A stretch of 64,000 nucleotides of DNA from a virus. The notes under the pieces were generated by a model. It made no database searches and had not been told where the DNA came from. It worked only from the letters and a program-made list of their open reading frames with translations. Both the position numbers and the translations under genes were made by a program. Shown here in pieces: positions 43,864-53,551 of the stretch; position 1 is the stretch's first letter; each line of letters opens with the position of its first letter. Where the stretch lies: the IMG/VR virus record IMGVR_UViG_3300022745_000029, positions 7,118 through 71,117 of that record. One strand, 5' to 3'.

Positions 43864-44346
43864 TTACCCCGCCAGCTCCTGCTTGGTAAGCCGGCGGTCG
43901 GCGAATGCTTTGTTAATCCAGTGGGCCCTTGGGGTCTGCTCGTTGTACTCGGGCGTCAGGGCGTGCACCAGTGCTGCCTCTAACTCGCCCTGTGCATCCG
44001 GACTGTTTACCCGGATGCACAGGGCATGGCTGTACAGTTTGTCCCTGTGCTCCCCAAGGCGCCTGGTGATGTTGCTGGTCCTCCCTACGTACACTACTGT
44101 CTCGCCCCGCAGCAGCAGGTACACCCCGGGGTAGGGGCCCGGGAGTCCCAGCCCTGTAATCACCATGCCCAGTAGCCTCCCCAACTCCCGGGGCATCTCC
44201 GCCTCCACCCAGTCAAGGGCCTCGTATATTTCCCGTTCCCGGAGGGCTATGTCAGCCTGCCTCACGGCAATCCGGCCCTCCTGGATGTCAAGGTCTCGGC
44301 CCCTCTCCACCAGCTCGGCCTGCGTTGGCGCCTTGGTCTTTGCCAC
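43864..44346 (-). CDS. GIY-YIG nuclease family protein
   Basis: GVYLL...VYVGRTSNITRRLGEH...E...PEYN. Confidence 0.8.
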   Translation of the reverse strand: MAKTKAPTQAELVERGRDLDIQEGRIAVRQADIALREREIYEALDWVEAEMPRELGRLLGMVITGLGLPGPYPGVYLLLRGETVVYVGRTSNITRRLGEHRDKLYSHALCIRVNSPDAQGELEAALVHALTPEYNEQTPRAHWINKAFADRRLTKQELAG

Positions 44347-44347
44347 C

Positions 44348-46477
44348 TCACCCCCCGATCGTCACAAGGTTGTCGGCCACGGTCTCGCTCAGGTCCTCAT
44401 GGGTGATGAGGACGAGCTGCTGGAACCCGCAGCTCGACAGGAAGCCCAACATGTCGCTGGTGCGCGAGTCGGAGCACGCAGCGGCCGGCTCGTCCAGCAG
44501 CAGGAAGTTCGCCTGCGGCAGGAAGGTCTTGACCAGCGCTACTCGGATGGCAAGGCCCAGCAGGTCCAACGCACTGCCCGACAACGTCGTCGCACTGTGC
44601 CCGTTGACCTTGAAGCCGTCAGTGTCCTTGGTCACCTCAGACTCTTCGCCGCGCAGCTCCGTGAGGTAGCTGCTGACGGTGGACAGCACCAGGTTCCACA
44701 GGCGGTCGGCGATCAGAGGGCGGGCCGCGCGAACCTTGCGCAGCAGGGCGTTGTTGAACGTGAGCGTCTTCAACTCCTCGCGCCGCTGGTCCAGCACCTT
44801 GCGGGCGGACTCCAGCTGCGCCGCCGCTGCGGCGTAATCGCCCTCGACCTTGTCGATCTGGCGGGTCAGCTGGTGCACGGTGTCCCGGGCGGTGTCCAGC
44901 GCGCCGCGCGCCAGACCCAGGCGCTCTTTCTCCACGCTGACGCGCTCCTGCTGGATCGTCAGGTCGCCGGGGTCCCCCACCTCTTCCAGATGGAGTTCCG
45001 CCTGCTGCAGATCATGCTGAGCGGAGCTCAGCGCCGCCAGCGCCGCCGCGCGCGCCGCCTGGTTGGCGTCGTAATCCCGGCGGGCCTGCTGCAGGGCGCG
45101 GATCTGGTCCTGCAGACCGGCCACGTTCTCGGCCTCTGCCTCTGGGTTCGGTCCCACCCATTTCAGGTACAGCGGCACCTCGTCCTTGGCGATCTGCACA
45201 AGATCAGGGTGCGCAGCTACCATTTTGATAGCGGGCTGGCTGTCAGCGATGGATTTTTCGAGGCTGCCAAGGAGCGCCCGCTCGCTCGAAATGGTTTCCA
45301 TGTCCTCGGCAATCGAGGCGTTCAAGGCGTCGATCTTTGCCAGGGTTTCGGCGTTGCGCGTGGCCACCTCGGGCACGTCGCTGAAGTCTTTGCCGCAGAA
45401 CGTGCACGAGCCATGGTGCAGAGCCTGCTCGTGCAGCTTGACAGTGCCCCGATCGGTGGCGAGTTTGACCGTCAGGACCTGAATCGACTGCTTCAGTTCC
45501 TTCACCCGCGTTTCCGCCTCCTGCAGCGTTGTCAGGGGACTCATCGCTATGGTGGGGGTCAGCAGCCACCCGACCTTGGCGTAGACCGCGCGCACCGCCT
45601 CGACGCCCTTGGCGGCTTCGATGCGCTGGCGCAGGCCGTCGCACTGCTCCTCGACGTTGCCGGGGTCGGCAAGCACCGGCAGGCCGTCCAGCTTGGCCTT
45701 GGCTGCGTCGTAGCGGCGCTCTGCTGCAGCCTGGGCGTCGTTGGCCGCGCGCCACTCAGCCTGTGCCACCTTGGCCGACGACAGGCTGACTTGGGCAGCC
45801 TCCAGCGTTGTCTGGAGCTCCCCCACAGCGCGCAGGCGGGCGTCCACGTCCAGCCGTGCGCCGGAAAGCTGCTGCAGGATCTCCGCCGTGTCCGGCTTCT
45901 CGATGCCTTCGAGCGACTCGACCGTCGCTTCGGCCGCCTTGATGGCCATCTCTGCACTGGCGGTGGAGCCAAGCGTCAGCTCCTCGGACATGCGCTCCAG
46001 CAGCTGGTCCAGCACCTCGAACTCGGCAAGGCGCTCGATCAAGGCGGTGGTCGCCTTGGTGCCCTCTTCCAGGGCCCCGCGGATCTCGCCCTGGTTGGCG
46101 ATGGGCAGGCGGGAGACCATGGCGGCGTCCATGCCCAGCAGGCGCGACAGGAAGTTGGTGACTTCGTTCTGGCCGGTGACCTTGCCGCCGTCGTAGTTCA
46201 CCTCGGCGCCGCGCGGGGAGCGCGTCACCGTGTACACGACATGGTCGACGACCAGGTCCAGCTCGACCTTGAGCGTCTTGACGTCCTCGCCCCAGGTGAC
46301 CAGCTCTTCGAGCGGGTCCTTGAGGGTCTTCACGCCGCTCAGGGCGTAGGCGATGGCTCGCAGCAGGGTGCTCTTGCCCTGCTCGTTCCCCCCTCGCAAT
46401 GCCGTGAAGCCGCCGGAGAGGGTGACTTCGAGCGCGCGGTGGCGCTGGAAGTTCGTGAGTTTGATGCGATTAAGCAT
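44348..46477 (-). CDS. sbcC: SbcC/Rad50-like ATPase
   Basis: NFQRH, GGNEQGKST Walker A, coiled coils, CTFC hook, LSG signature, LLLDEP, ITH. Confidence 0.9.
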   Translation of the reverse strand: MLNRIKLTNFQRHRALEVTLSGGFTALRGGNEQGKSTLLRAIAYALSGVKTLKDPLEELVTWGEDVKTLKVELDLVVDHVVYTVTRSPRGAEVNYDGGKVTGQNEVTNFLSRLLGMDAAMVSRLPIANQGEIRGALEEGTKATTALIERLAEFEVLDQLLERMSEELTLGSTASAEMAIKAAEATVESLEGIEKPDTAEILQQLSGARLDVDARLRAVGELQTTLEAAQVSLSSAKVAQAEWRAANDAQAAAERRYDAAKAKLDGLPVLADPGNVEEQCDGLRQRIEAAKGVEAVRAVYAKVGWLLTPTIAMSPLTTLQEAETRVKELKQSIQVLTVKLATDRGTVKLHEQALHHGSCTFCGKDFSDVPEVATRNAETLAKIDALNASIAEDMETISSERALLGSLEKSIADSQPAIKMVAAHPDLVQIAKDEVPLYLKWVGPNPEAEAENVAGLQDQIRALQQARRDYDANQAARAAALAALSSAQHDLQQAELHLEEVGDPGDLTIQQERVSVEKERLGLARGALDTARDTVHQLTRQIDKVEGDYAAAAAQLESARKVLDQRREELKTLTFNNALLRKVRAARPLIADRLWNLVLSTVSSYLTELRGEESEVTKDTDGFKVNGHSATTLSGSALDLLGLAIRVALVKTFLPQANFLLLDEPAAACSDSRTSDMLGFLSSCGFQQLVLITHEDLSETVADNLVTIGG

Positions 46478-47351
46478 AGGCCTCTTTCAATGTCGGGTAC
46501 AGGTCACGCAGTGCCTGCGAATCCTCGAAAAGTTCGCGGAACTGCAGCCACCCACGGAAGTTGCGGCTGGGGGTGTAGTTCGTGATCAGTGGCGTGGCCT
46601 GGTGCTCGATGGGGCTCGCGTGCAGGGGTTCGCTCCCCACCAGACGCATGAACAGGTCAAGGTCCTTCTGGATGCTCGGGTTCTCGCCGTCGTGGGTGAG
46701 GTAGGACACCCGAGCACAGCGCGCGGCGCTGCAGGCGATCAGCACCCAGGCGGGCACTTTGGCGGCCTGCGAGTCGATGCGCTCCTGCAGGCTCACGTAG
46801 GGTAGGTGCCACGCGAAGATGTCGTCAAGTTCCCCGGTGCGCAGGCTCGGCGTGGACGCATCCATGGCTTTACGCATTGCCTTAGCCAGCAGCTGGAACT
46901 CGGGCAATGCTGCGCTGTGGTCGCGCAGGGCGAAGAAGCCGTCCCACTCGGTGGCAGTGACGATGGTCCGCATCCACTGGAACGGCTCGAGCAGGCGGTT
47001 CGGAATAGACTTGTGAACCCCCAAGCTCATCAGGGCCTCGGCGAAGTAAGCCGCGTGCCCCGCCGCCCGCTGCCAGACCAGGCGGGCTTCCTCCCGCTTA
47101 CTCGACCCGAGTTCCTCGCCCCCCTGCATCCCCGGCTGGTTTGTAGGCCACCGGCAGGGCTCTGCGGGGTTTTCCTCGACCTGGGCCAGCATCTTGCGCA
47201 CCGGGATGGCCCGGGAAGACGCTGAGTTCCTTGACAGCACCCTGTGGGTCAGCAGCTCACCATGAAAGTACCTGTGATACTGGAGCTCCAGAGTCACAAC
47301 ACGGGCCCCGGCGGGGGACACCGAATCTTCTATTACGTTGGCTGAAATCAT
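46470..47351 (-). CDS. thyX: flavin-dependent thymidylate synthase
   Basis: ELLTHRVLSRNSASSRAIP, HKSIPNRLLEPF, SAARCARVSY, HASPIEHQA. Confidence 0.9.
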   Translation of the reverse strand: MISANVIEDSVSPAGARVVTLELQYHRYFHGELLTHRVLSRNSASSRAIPVRKMLAQVEENPAEPCRWPTNQPGMQGGEELGSSKREEARLVWQRAAGHAAYFAEALMSLGVHKSIPNRLLEPFQWMRTIVTATEWDGFFALRDHSAALPEFQLLAKAMRKAMDASTPSLRTGELDDIFAWHLPYVSLQERIDSQAAKVPAWVLIACSAARCARVSYLTHDGENPSIQKDLDLFMRLVGSEPLHASPIEHQATPLITNYTPSRNFRGWLQFRELFEDSQALRDLYPTLKEAYA

Positions 47352-47596
47352 TTCATACTCCTGGCATATCGGGCCACGACCAGCAGCCCTTCGTTTTGTT
47401 TTCCCTCAGCGGGAGGATTCGCAGGTTCCCCTCCCAGTGAAGGCCGCAAACTAGGTGGACCCTGCCGGGCCCGAGGCCCTTTAAGGGCACTATGTGATCC
47501 ACACTCATGGTGGTGCCTGTACGCAGGCTGATCGGCGTGCCCGTTTTTGCAGTCCTTCCCCGTAAAAACGAAATTTGCACGCTTCGCCCGGGTCAC
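47348..47596 (-). pseudogene. degraded HNH endonuclease
   Basis: VDHIVPLKG...VCGLHWEGNLRILPLRENKTKG in one frame, FTGKDCKNGH N-terminal motif in another; middle missing. Confidence 0.7.
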
Positions 47597-48681
47597 TGCT
47601 TCTCTCCTACGAGGCCTTGGATGACCTTCTGTTCTTCGGGGTTGAGAAATTCCATGAGCAGGCCGATGACGTCGACCTTGCGGATGTCTTCGACGGTGTC
47701 TGCCAGACCGTCCATGCCTTCGGCGGACTCGACCTTGACGGCATTGGTCACGACGAAGGAGCGGCTGCGCTGGCGGAATTTGGAAATCGCCTTGACGACG
47801 TTGGCGGACTCGGACAGGCCGGCGTCGCCGATGACACGGATGAACCCGCGGCCGTCTTCGGTCACGTCGTCCAGCTCACGCCAGTCGACCTCGGCGAACC
47901 ACCCGTCGCCTTCGTCGTCGGGCGTCCAGGTCGGGATCAAGCTCGGCTCTTCGTCGCTCAGGAGCAGCGCGTACTTCTTGCCGTCGGCCTGCCCGTCGCC
48001 GTGGGCAAGGCAGTCGCTCACCGAGGTGGGGAACTGGTTGCCGACGATCAGCACCCGCCCACCCAGCGCGCGGCGCCCTTGGTGCTCGTGGCCCAGCACC
48101 ATCGTGATGTCGCGGTCACGGAAGCCCTTGGCGACTTCACGGGTCAGTTCGAGTGAGTGGTCTTGCTGGCCAGCGAATGGGTTCGAAAAATTACAGTGCA
48201 GCAGCAAATACTTGGTGCCGTCGGGCACCCGGCCCAGCTCATGCTCGAAGATTTCCTGGTTGGGCATGTGGGGGATAACGTAGACCCCGCCGTCCAGCGC
48301 CGTCGGCTTCGACACAAGCCGGAACCGCGCATGCTTCATCTCCAGCAGTGCGCCGATGAAGGCCACGGTGCCCAGCTTGGTGCTGTCCTTGCTCAGGTCA
48401 TGGTTACCCAGAGCCCAGACAACGTCAATGTGGGGGAACTCGGTCATGAACTCGTCAGTGATCGAGTAGATCGCCAGCGCCTGACTCAGCGCAATGCTGT
48501 AGGTGTCGGCCAAGTCGCCGTTGAAGATGATGCGCTGGGCGCCGTTTTCAGGCGCCAGGCGCAGCAGGCGGCGGTGCTGCTGCAGGGCGTATTCCCGCAG
48601 GTCGGCGGCGCTGGCCAGCGTGGTGCCGCCGGTGCGCTCCACGCCGAGGTGGTGGTCATTCAGTACGAGGGTTGGGGTCAT
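47593..48681 (-). CDS. sbcD: SbcD/Mre11-like metallophosphoesterase nuclease
   Basis: DHHLG, GDLAD, GNHD, LGHEH motifs; near SbcC. Confidence 0.88.
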   Translation of the reverse strand: MTPTLVLNDHHLGVERTGGTTLASAADLREYALQQHRRLLRLAPENGAQRIIFNGDLADTYSIALSQALAIYSITDEFMTEFPHIDVVWALGNHDLSKDSTKLGTVAFIGALLEMKHARFRLVSKPTALDGGVYVIPHMPNQEIFEHELGRVPDGTKYLLLHCNFSNPFAGQQDHSLELTREVAKGFRDRDITMVLGHEHQGRRALGGRVLIVGNQFPTSVSDCLAHGDGQADGKKYALLLSDEEPSLIPTWTPDDEGDGWFAEVDWRELDDVTEDGRGFIRVIGDAGLSESANVVKAISKFRQRSRSFVVTNAVKVESAEGMDGLADTVEDIRKVDVIGLLMEFLNPEEQKVIQGLVGEKQ

Positions 48682-48964
48682 CTTTGGTCTCTTCGTTGGT
48701 ACGGGCCCAGGCGCCGCCGCGGGGCGGGTCGCTGACGGGCTGCAGGGCCTCAGCGCGGTGGCGCTTGGCGGTGGCGCTCAGCTCGGCACGCCGAGCGACG
48801 CGGTCGGCTTCTGCGGCTTGCTCGAGTAGAGAGCGCGGCTTCTGGCGGGTGCTGTGGCACTGGGCGCACTGGTTGTTGTGGCCCATGCGACCGGGTACAA
48901 GCACCTTGCGGAAGCCTTCGGCGGGCTTGTGCCGGCGACAGTAGTGGCAATACTTCTGGGGCAT
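48656..48964 (-). CDS. zinc-finger hypothetical protein
   Basis: CHYC...CAQC. Confidence 0.6.
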   Translation of the reverse strand: MPQKYCHYCRRHKPAEGFRKVLVPGRMGHNNQCAQCHSTRQKPRSLLEQAAEADRVARRAELSATAKRHRAEALQPVSDPPRGGAWARTNEETKDDPNPRTE

Positions 48965-48965
48965 G

Positions 48966-49445
48966 TCAGCACCCGAACGCGGGCAGGGCGGCGGCGAGGG
49001 CGTCCCGGGGGGCCTCGTAGAGAGGCTCCTGCGACAGGTTCCATGAACCCTTGTCTCCTGTACGGCTGAGGTACACAGGCGTCACGACACGCCAGCGGCC
49101 CAGGGTGGAGTGGTAAACCAGCACCGCGCAGAGCCCACCCGCGTTCGCCCGCTTGCGCAGAGCTGGCAGCTGAGGGACCTTGTCGCGGACAAGGCGGTAT
49201 TCGTGCTCCGTTTCCTTCACCTCGACGAGGCCGTAGTAGCGCTCGTACGAGGGGTTCAGCAGGGCGTAGTACTCGAAGTCGGCGGCCGCGGCCTTGATCG
49301 TGCGGCCGGCTGCCTTCGTGTCCACCAGGCGGTTGAACTCCCGGTGCACAGGGTCTTCGGCGACCCACGCCTCCAGCACCTTCTGGACGGCCTTTTCGGC
49401 GTCCTTCCCCCTGTCAGCGAACTTGTTGCTCTTCTTGAACGGCAT
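48966..49445 (-). CDS. RecU-like Holliday junction resolvase
   Basis: RGKDAE, ADFE, VEVKET PD-(D/E)XK pattern. Confidence 0.7.
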   Translation of the reverse strand: MPFKKSNKFADRGKDAEKAVQKVLEAWVAEDPVHREFNRLVDTKAAGRTIKAAAADFEYYALLNPSYERYYGLVEVKETEHEYRLVRDKVPQLPALRKRANAGGLCAVLVYHSTLGRWRVVTPVYLSRTGDKGSWNLSQEPLYEAPRDALAAALPAFGC

Positions 49446-49692
49446 AAAAGTCTTTCTGCTTTTTTGGCCTGAATGGTTTGCGTTCGAAGGCCCCGGCCAG
49501 CGCATTGCTGTGGACCTTCCCCTTGGAGCACCCGCATCCACGGGTGTGCCCCGACTTGAGGTGGCCCTCGCGGACCCACTTCACCGTGCCGCATTCGCAG
49601 CGGCATTTCCACTTCGACAGCTTCGGGATGTACTCGCGCTCAATGAGCGTGAGTTTTCCAAGAACCTGCCCGGGGGCAAGTTCCTGGCTCAT
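49414..49692 (-). pseudogene. N-terminal fragment of homing endonuclease
   Basis: GKLTLIE...WKCRCECG...LKSGHTRGCGC domain with no nuclease domain following. Confidence 0.65.
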
Positions 49693-52600
49693 GCGAGTGC
49701 CTCCTCGATGGCTGCGCTGATCTTCTCGGCGTCGAAGAAGTCGCCGCACTCGATCTGCTCCCCGAAGTTGCGGCCCAGCGAGATGCTGGACACGATCGGG
49801 ATGCGCATGCCGCCGTAGGGCTGCACCATGCACTCGTGCGCCTGGCGCATCACCTCCAGCGCGTCGTCGCGGTGGACCGAGAACACGACTTCGTCGTGGA
49901 TCGGGAAGTAGAAGCGGGCGTTGTACTTGCCGGAGAACAGCCCAAGCCGCCACATGGAGGCCAGCGCCAGCTTGGTCTGCTCGCCGCCGGAGCCCTGAAT
50001 CTTGAAGTTCGGACCCTGGCGGCCGGCCTTCGCGGCTTCCCACTTGTCGTCGGAGGACAAGGCTGCCTGCAGGTGGCGCCGCGCACCCATGAGGGTGGTG
50101 GCGTAGCCGCACGCCTCGACCTCGGCGCGAACCTTCTCCTTCCACGGCGTGATGCGCGGGAAGGCGACTTCCTTCGCGTCCAGGAACGCCTGCGCCACTT
50201 CCTCCTCGACGCGCATCGTCGAGGCGATCTTCGGCGCCATGGCGTCGTACTGGCTGGCGAAGTTCACCGTCTTGGCGTCGTCGCGCAGGGCCTTGGCCTT
50301 GGCCTTGACCGCCTTGTCGCTGGACTCACGCATCTGCTGGAACTCGTCGTACCCGACGGGGTGCCCCCAGATGTGAATGGCAGCGGCCACGGCCGTCAAG
50401 CTGTGGGCGTCCTTCAGGTCCTCGCCGACGTAACACGCGGTCAGGTTCTCGTCGCCGGACTGCTCCGCCATGAGGCGCAGCTCCTGCCCCGAGAAGTCCA
50501 TGGAGACCACGACAGCGTCCTTGCAGTGGGGCAGGACAACCTGGCGGAACTCCACACCCTCGCCGCGCTTGGGCATCTGCTGCGCGTTGGGGGCGCTGGA
50601 GCTGTAGCGCCGGGTCACCGCCTCCGACTGGTTCAAGGCGGGGTGGATCAGGCCGTCGCGCCAGTGCGGGAACACCTTGTAGGTCGAGTAGAACAAGCTG
50701 CGGCGGGTGTTCACCGTCTTGATGGTCTGGAAGGCCTTGAGGACAGCCTTCTTCTCGTCGTCGAGGTGCGTGTCCCGAGCCAGCGAGTTCTCCACTGCGT
50801 CGTCATCGGTGGAGGCCTTGCTGATCCACAGCGCGCGGTCTTCGTCGGTGACGTCGACCTGCTTGCCGTCCTTTAGCGCGCGCAGCTTCTTCCACGCTAC
50901 CCGGTAGGCCGGGTCCTCGCGCTGGGCGGCGGTGAGCTTGTTGAACAGACGCGGCTGAATCCCGATCACGTTGTAGAACAGGTTCTGCATCTGCTTCGGA
51001 GAGCCGAAGTTGATCTTGGGCTCGCCGGTGAAGCGTTCCCGCACGTAGTCGTTCAGGGCCTTCGTGTCGTTGGTCTGCAGGATGTGCAGGAGCAGCGGCT
51101 GGCGCCCATTCAGGTAGGTCTCGACGTCCTGCAGCACCGCGTCGATCTTGCGCTTGCGGGTGCTGAAGCCCTCGTCGTCGTCCACCAGGATGGCCAGGGC
51201 CGTCTTGATGGCAGAGGCGTCGATCGTGTCGAAGGTGGGGCAGCTGGTGCCTTCCCACCCGTTCTTGACGAGGAAGGCGCGCAGCGTGGCCCAGGCCTCG
51301 CTGTAGCGCTTCTCGTCCTTCTGCTCCATCTCGCGGACCTTCTGCTGCGAGATCTTCACGCCCTGCACGTAGGCAAGGGAGGTGAGATACTCGGGCAGGG
51401 TCTCGACCTCGAGGTACACGTGCCACGTGCGCTCGATCTCCATGACCAGCTGGTAGTAGGTGTGCAGGGAGAACGTGCAGATCGTGTCGTCGGCGCCGTA
51501 GTCGAACACCTCGCTCGCGGTCAGCTCGTTCATGCGGTACTGGCGGCGCTCCCAGGGCTCGGTCACGGCGCGCTCCAGCAGCTTTCCGTTGCCCATGCTC
51601 ACCGTGACCCCGCCGGTCTCGTCGTTCACCGTGCGGACCTCGACCTGCTCATACACAGCGGGCTTCACCTCAGCGTCCCAGGTCTTGGTGACCCGACCGC
51701 CGGTGAGCGAGCCCACCGGGCCATCGCGGGAGGTGGTCTCCTCGTAGGTCTGCTGCTCGTAGCCCAGATGCAGCTTGCTGCGCTGCTTCAGGCCCTTGGG
51801 CAGGTTCTCGTCCACGTACGACGCGCCGATCTTGGTGTCGATCGCGTTGGGCAGGAAGCCGTGCCAGCCGTTGTCCTTCCACTTGTCGCCCCACGTGCGG
51901 TAGAGCACGGAGAACTCGAAGGAGCGGTTCTGCACCAGGACGGTGACGTTGTCGGGGATCAGCTCCACCATCGCGCGGCACTGGTCCACGCTGATGTTGG
52001 CCACGTCGGACTCTTCCTTGTGGTCCACAGTCATGTAGACCGTGTGCTGGCCGTTGTCGCCGAAGGTCAGGCCCATGCCGGTCAGTTCATGCCCGAGCAC
52101 GTCCACCTCGAAGCTGCCCTTGTCCTTCACGGCGTTGATGCCGGCGATCCACTCTTCGGAGGCTTCGGTGTCTGAGGTTTCAATGTCCAGCGCCACGTAG
52201 GGCGAGTCCTTCAGGGCGTCGCTCACGCGGCTGAAGGCCCGCTCGTAGTTGCCGGCGTGGACAAGGGTCTTGGTGCCGTAGAAGCGGCGCAGGTCGTCCA
52301 CCCGCAGCACCGGCGAGAGCTCGTCCCACTGCTTGACCATGCCCGGGGTGACCTCCAGCGGGCGGCTCACCGTGTTGACGTCGTCGGTGTGCAGGCTGGC
52401 CACGCGCCAGGACGTCGTGACCATGCCCTTGTTATCGATCAGAAACTGCAGCGACTTCATGTCCGCCACGTCTTCACGCAGGCGGTCGAGCTGGCCGTTG
52501 ACGATCAGGTCTTCCAGGGCCTGCAGGCCGTCCACGCCCCACTTCGAGACGAGCTCGACGAACTTGGCATCACCGAAGCCCTTGGCGCCGGGGATCTTGT

Positions 52601-53189
52601 CGGAGGTGTCGCCGACGGTGGCCTTGTACAGGGTGATGAACTTGTGCGGGAACGGGCCGTAGGGGTTCTTGTTGAGGGTGCCGTCGCTCCACGTGGGGGA
52701 GCCAGACTTCCACACGTCGGTGTTCTCGTCCACCAGCACGCACAGGTCGCCGTCGCCGGTGACCACGGTGTTGCGGGAGTAGCGCAGGTTCTTGCACAGG
52801 TAGCCGATCACGTCGTCGGCTTCCATGCCGCTTTGCGTGACGATGGTGGCGCCCAGGTCGCGCAGCATCTGGGTGAGCTGCTCGCGGGCCTTGTTCAGCT
52901 CCTCGCTGACCTCGGGCGCCTTGTCACGGCCGACCTTGTACTGGGGCAGCAGGGCCTGGCGGCGTAGCTTGGCGTTCTTGCCGTCCCACACGATGAGGGT
53001 GTCGCGGGGCGCCACCTTGAACATGCGCAGCAGCTCGACGTACTTCTCGAAGAAGCCGTCCACGCCGTACTGGGCGGAGTTGACCTGCACTTCTCTGCCG
53101 TCGACAACGATCACACGGCCTTCATCATGGTCAACCCCGCGCAGGATGGCGGGGTTGAGGATGGAATTTGCATCAAGGATGAGTCTCAT
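49689..53189 (-). CDS. polA: family A DNA polymerase with 5'-3' and 3'-5' exonuclease domains
   Basis: EADDVIG, GDGDL, GDTSDKIPG (5' exo); ALDIET (3' exo); DFSGQELR, R..AKTVNF...Y, IHDE (motifs A/B/C). Confidence 0.93.
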   Translation of the reverse strand: MRLILDANSILNPAILRGVDHDEGRVIVVDGREVQVNSAQYGVDGFFEKYVELLRMFKVAPRDTLIVWDGKNAKLRRQALLPQYKVGRDKAPEVSEELNKAREQLTQMLRDLGATIVTQSGMEADDVIGYLCKNLRYSRNTVVTGDGDLCVLVDENTDVWKSGSPTWSDGTLNKNPYGPFPHKFITLYKATVGDTSDKIPGAKGFGDAKFVELVSKWGVDGLQALEDLIVNGQLDRLREDVADMKSLQFLIDNKGMVTTSWRVASLHTDDVNTVSRPLEVTPGMVKQWDELSPVLRVDDLRRFYGTKTLVHAGNYERAFSRVSDALKDSPYVALDIETSDTEASEEWIAGINAVKDKGSFEVDVLGHELTGMGLTFGDNGQHTVYMTVDHKEESDVANISVDQCRAMVELIPDNVTVLVQNRSFEFSVLYRTWGDKWKDNGWHGFLPNAIDTKIGASYVDENLPKGLKQRSKLHLGYEQQTYEETTSRDGPVGSLTGGRVTKTWDAEVKPAVYEQVEVRTVNDETGGVTVSMGNGKLLERAVTEPWERRQYRMNELTASEVFDYGADDTICTFSLHTYYQLVMEIERTWHVYLEVETLPEYLTSLAYVQGVKISQQKVREMEQKDEKRYSEAWATLRAFLVKNGWEGTSCPTFDTIDASAIKTALAILVDDDEGFSTRKRKIDAVLQDVETYLNGRQPLLLHILQTNDTKALNDYVRERFTGEPKINFGSPKQMQNLFYNVIGIQPRLFNKLTAAQREDPAYRVAWKKLRALKDGKQVDVTDEDRALWISKASTDDDAVENSLARDTHLDDEKKAVLKAFQTIKTVNTRRSLFYSTYKVFPHWRDGLIHPALNQSEAVTRRYSSSAPNAQQMPKRGEGVEFRQVVLPHCKDAVVVSMDFSGQELRLMAEQSGDENLTACYVGEDLKDAHSLTAVAAAIHIWGHPVGYDEFQQMRESSDKAVKAKAKALRDDAKTVNFASQYDAMAPKIASTMRVEEEVAQAFLDAKEVAFPRITPWKEKVRAEVEACGYATTLMGARRHLQAALSSDDKWEAAKAGRQGPNFKIQGSGGEQTKLALASMWRLGLFSGKYNARFYFPIHDEVVFSVHRDDALEVMRQAHECMVQPYGGMRIPIVSSISLGRNFGEQIECGDFFDAEKISAAIEEALA

Positions 53190-53551
53190 TCTTCGTCTTC
53201 TTTTTCTTCTTGGAACTCGGACGCGGGGCGCCCGTTGATGTAGGCGTTGGAGGCCACGGACACGGGCAGCACCCGGGGGTCCAGCCAAGCGGGGTAGAGG
53301 CCTTCAGCGGGCACCTCGACCACCACGTGGGAGGTGAGCTGGTAGGTGAGGGCGGCACCAGACTTGAGCTTGGTGACCACACCGGAGCGCTGGCGCTCGG
53401 TCAGCCAGCCATACACGTAGGAGGCGCTGAGGCCCCGGGCCTGGGCCATGGCCACGAGCCCGCCGCGCGTCTTGGGGTTGCGCAGCAGGACCATGAGGAC
53501 GCGGTTGGCGTCCCGCAGACGCTGCGCCTTGGATTCATGCTTGGTCTTCAT
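53186..53551 (-). CDS. putative winged-helix DNA-binding protein
   Basis: Basic helical N-terminus then beta hairpin; ATGA overlaps. Confidence 0.5.
   Translation of the reverse strand: MKTKHESKAQRLRDANRVLMVLLRNPKTRGGLVAMAQARGLSASYVYGWLTERQRSGVVTKLKSGAALTYQLTSHVVVEVPAEGLYPAWLDPRVLPVSVASNAYINGRPASEFQEEKEDEE

Larger units (their letters stand above)
509..51957. repeat. dispersed asymmetric 14-bp motif TGACGTTGTCGGGG (operator/stoperator- or iteron-like)
   Basis: Exact copies: + at 509, 4918, 6889, 7559, 8515, 8551, 9708, 10173, 41163, 51944; reverse complement at 8260, 8359, 8436, 9667. One mismatch at 7536, 8674, 35275; two at 10268, 43270, 44577, 59545. Confidence 0.9.

Noticed and set aside
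44165-46585. Long antisense ORFs (806 aa here; also 31915..33381, 13843..15048, 61382..62641 and others)
   Set aside because: Shadow frames of GC-rich genes that have clear motifs on the opposite strand
49689-53189. Intein or intron in the long PolA
   Set aside because: Length is explained by three domains; no intein splice motifs, LAGLIDADG block or frame interruption seen
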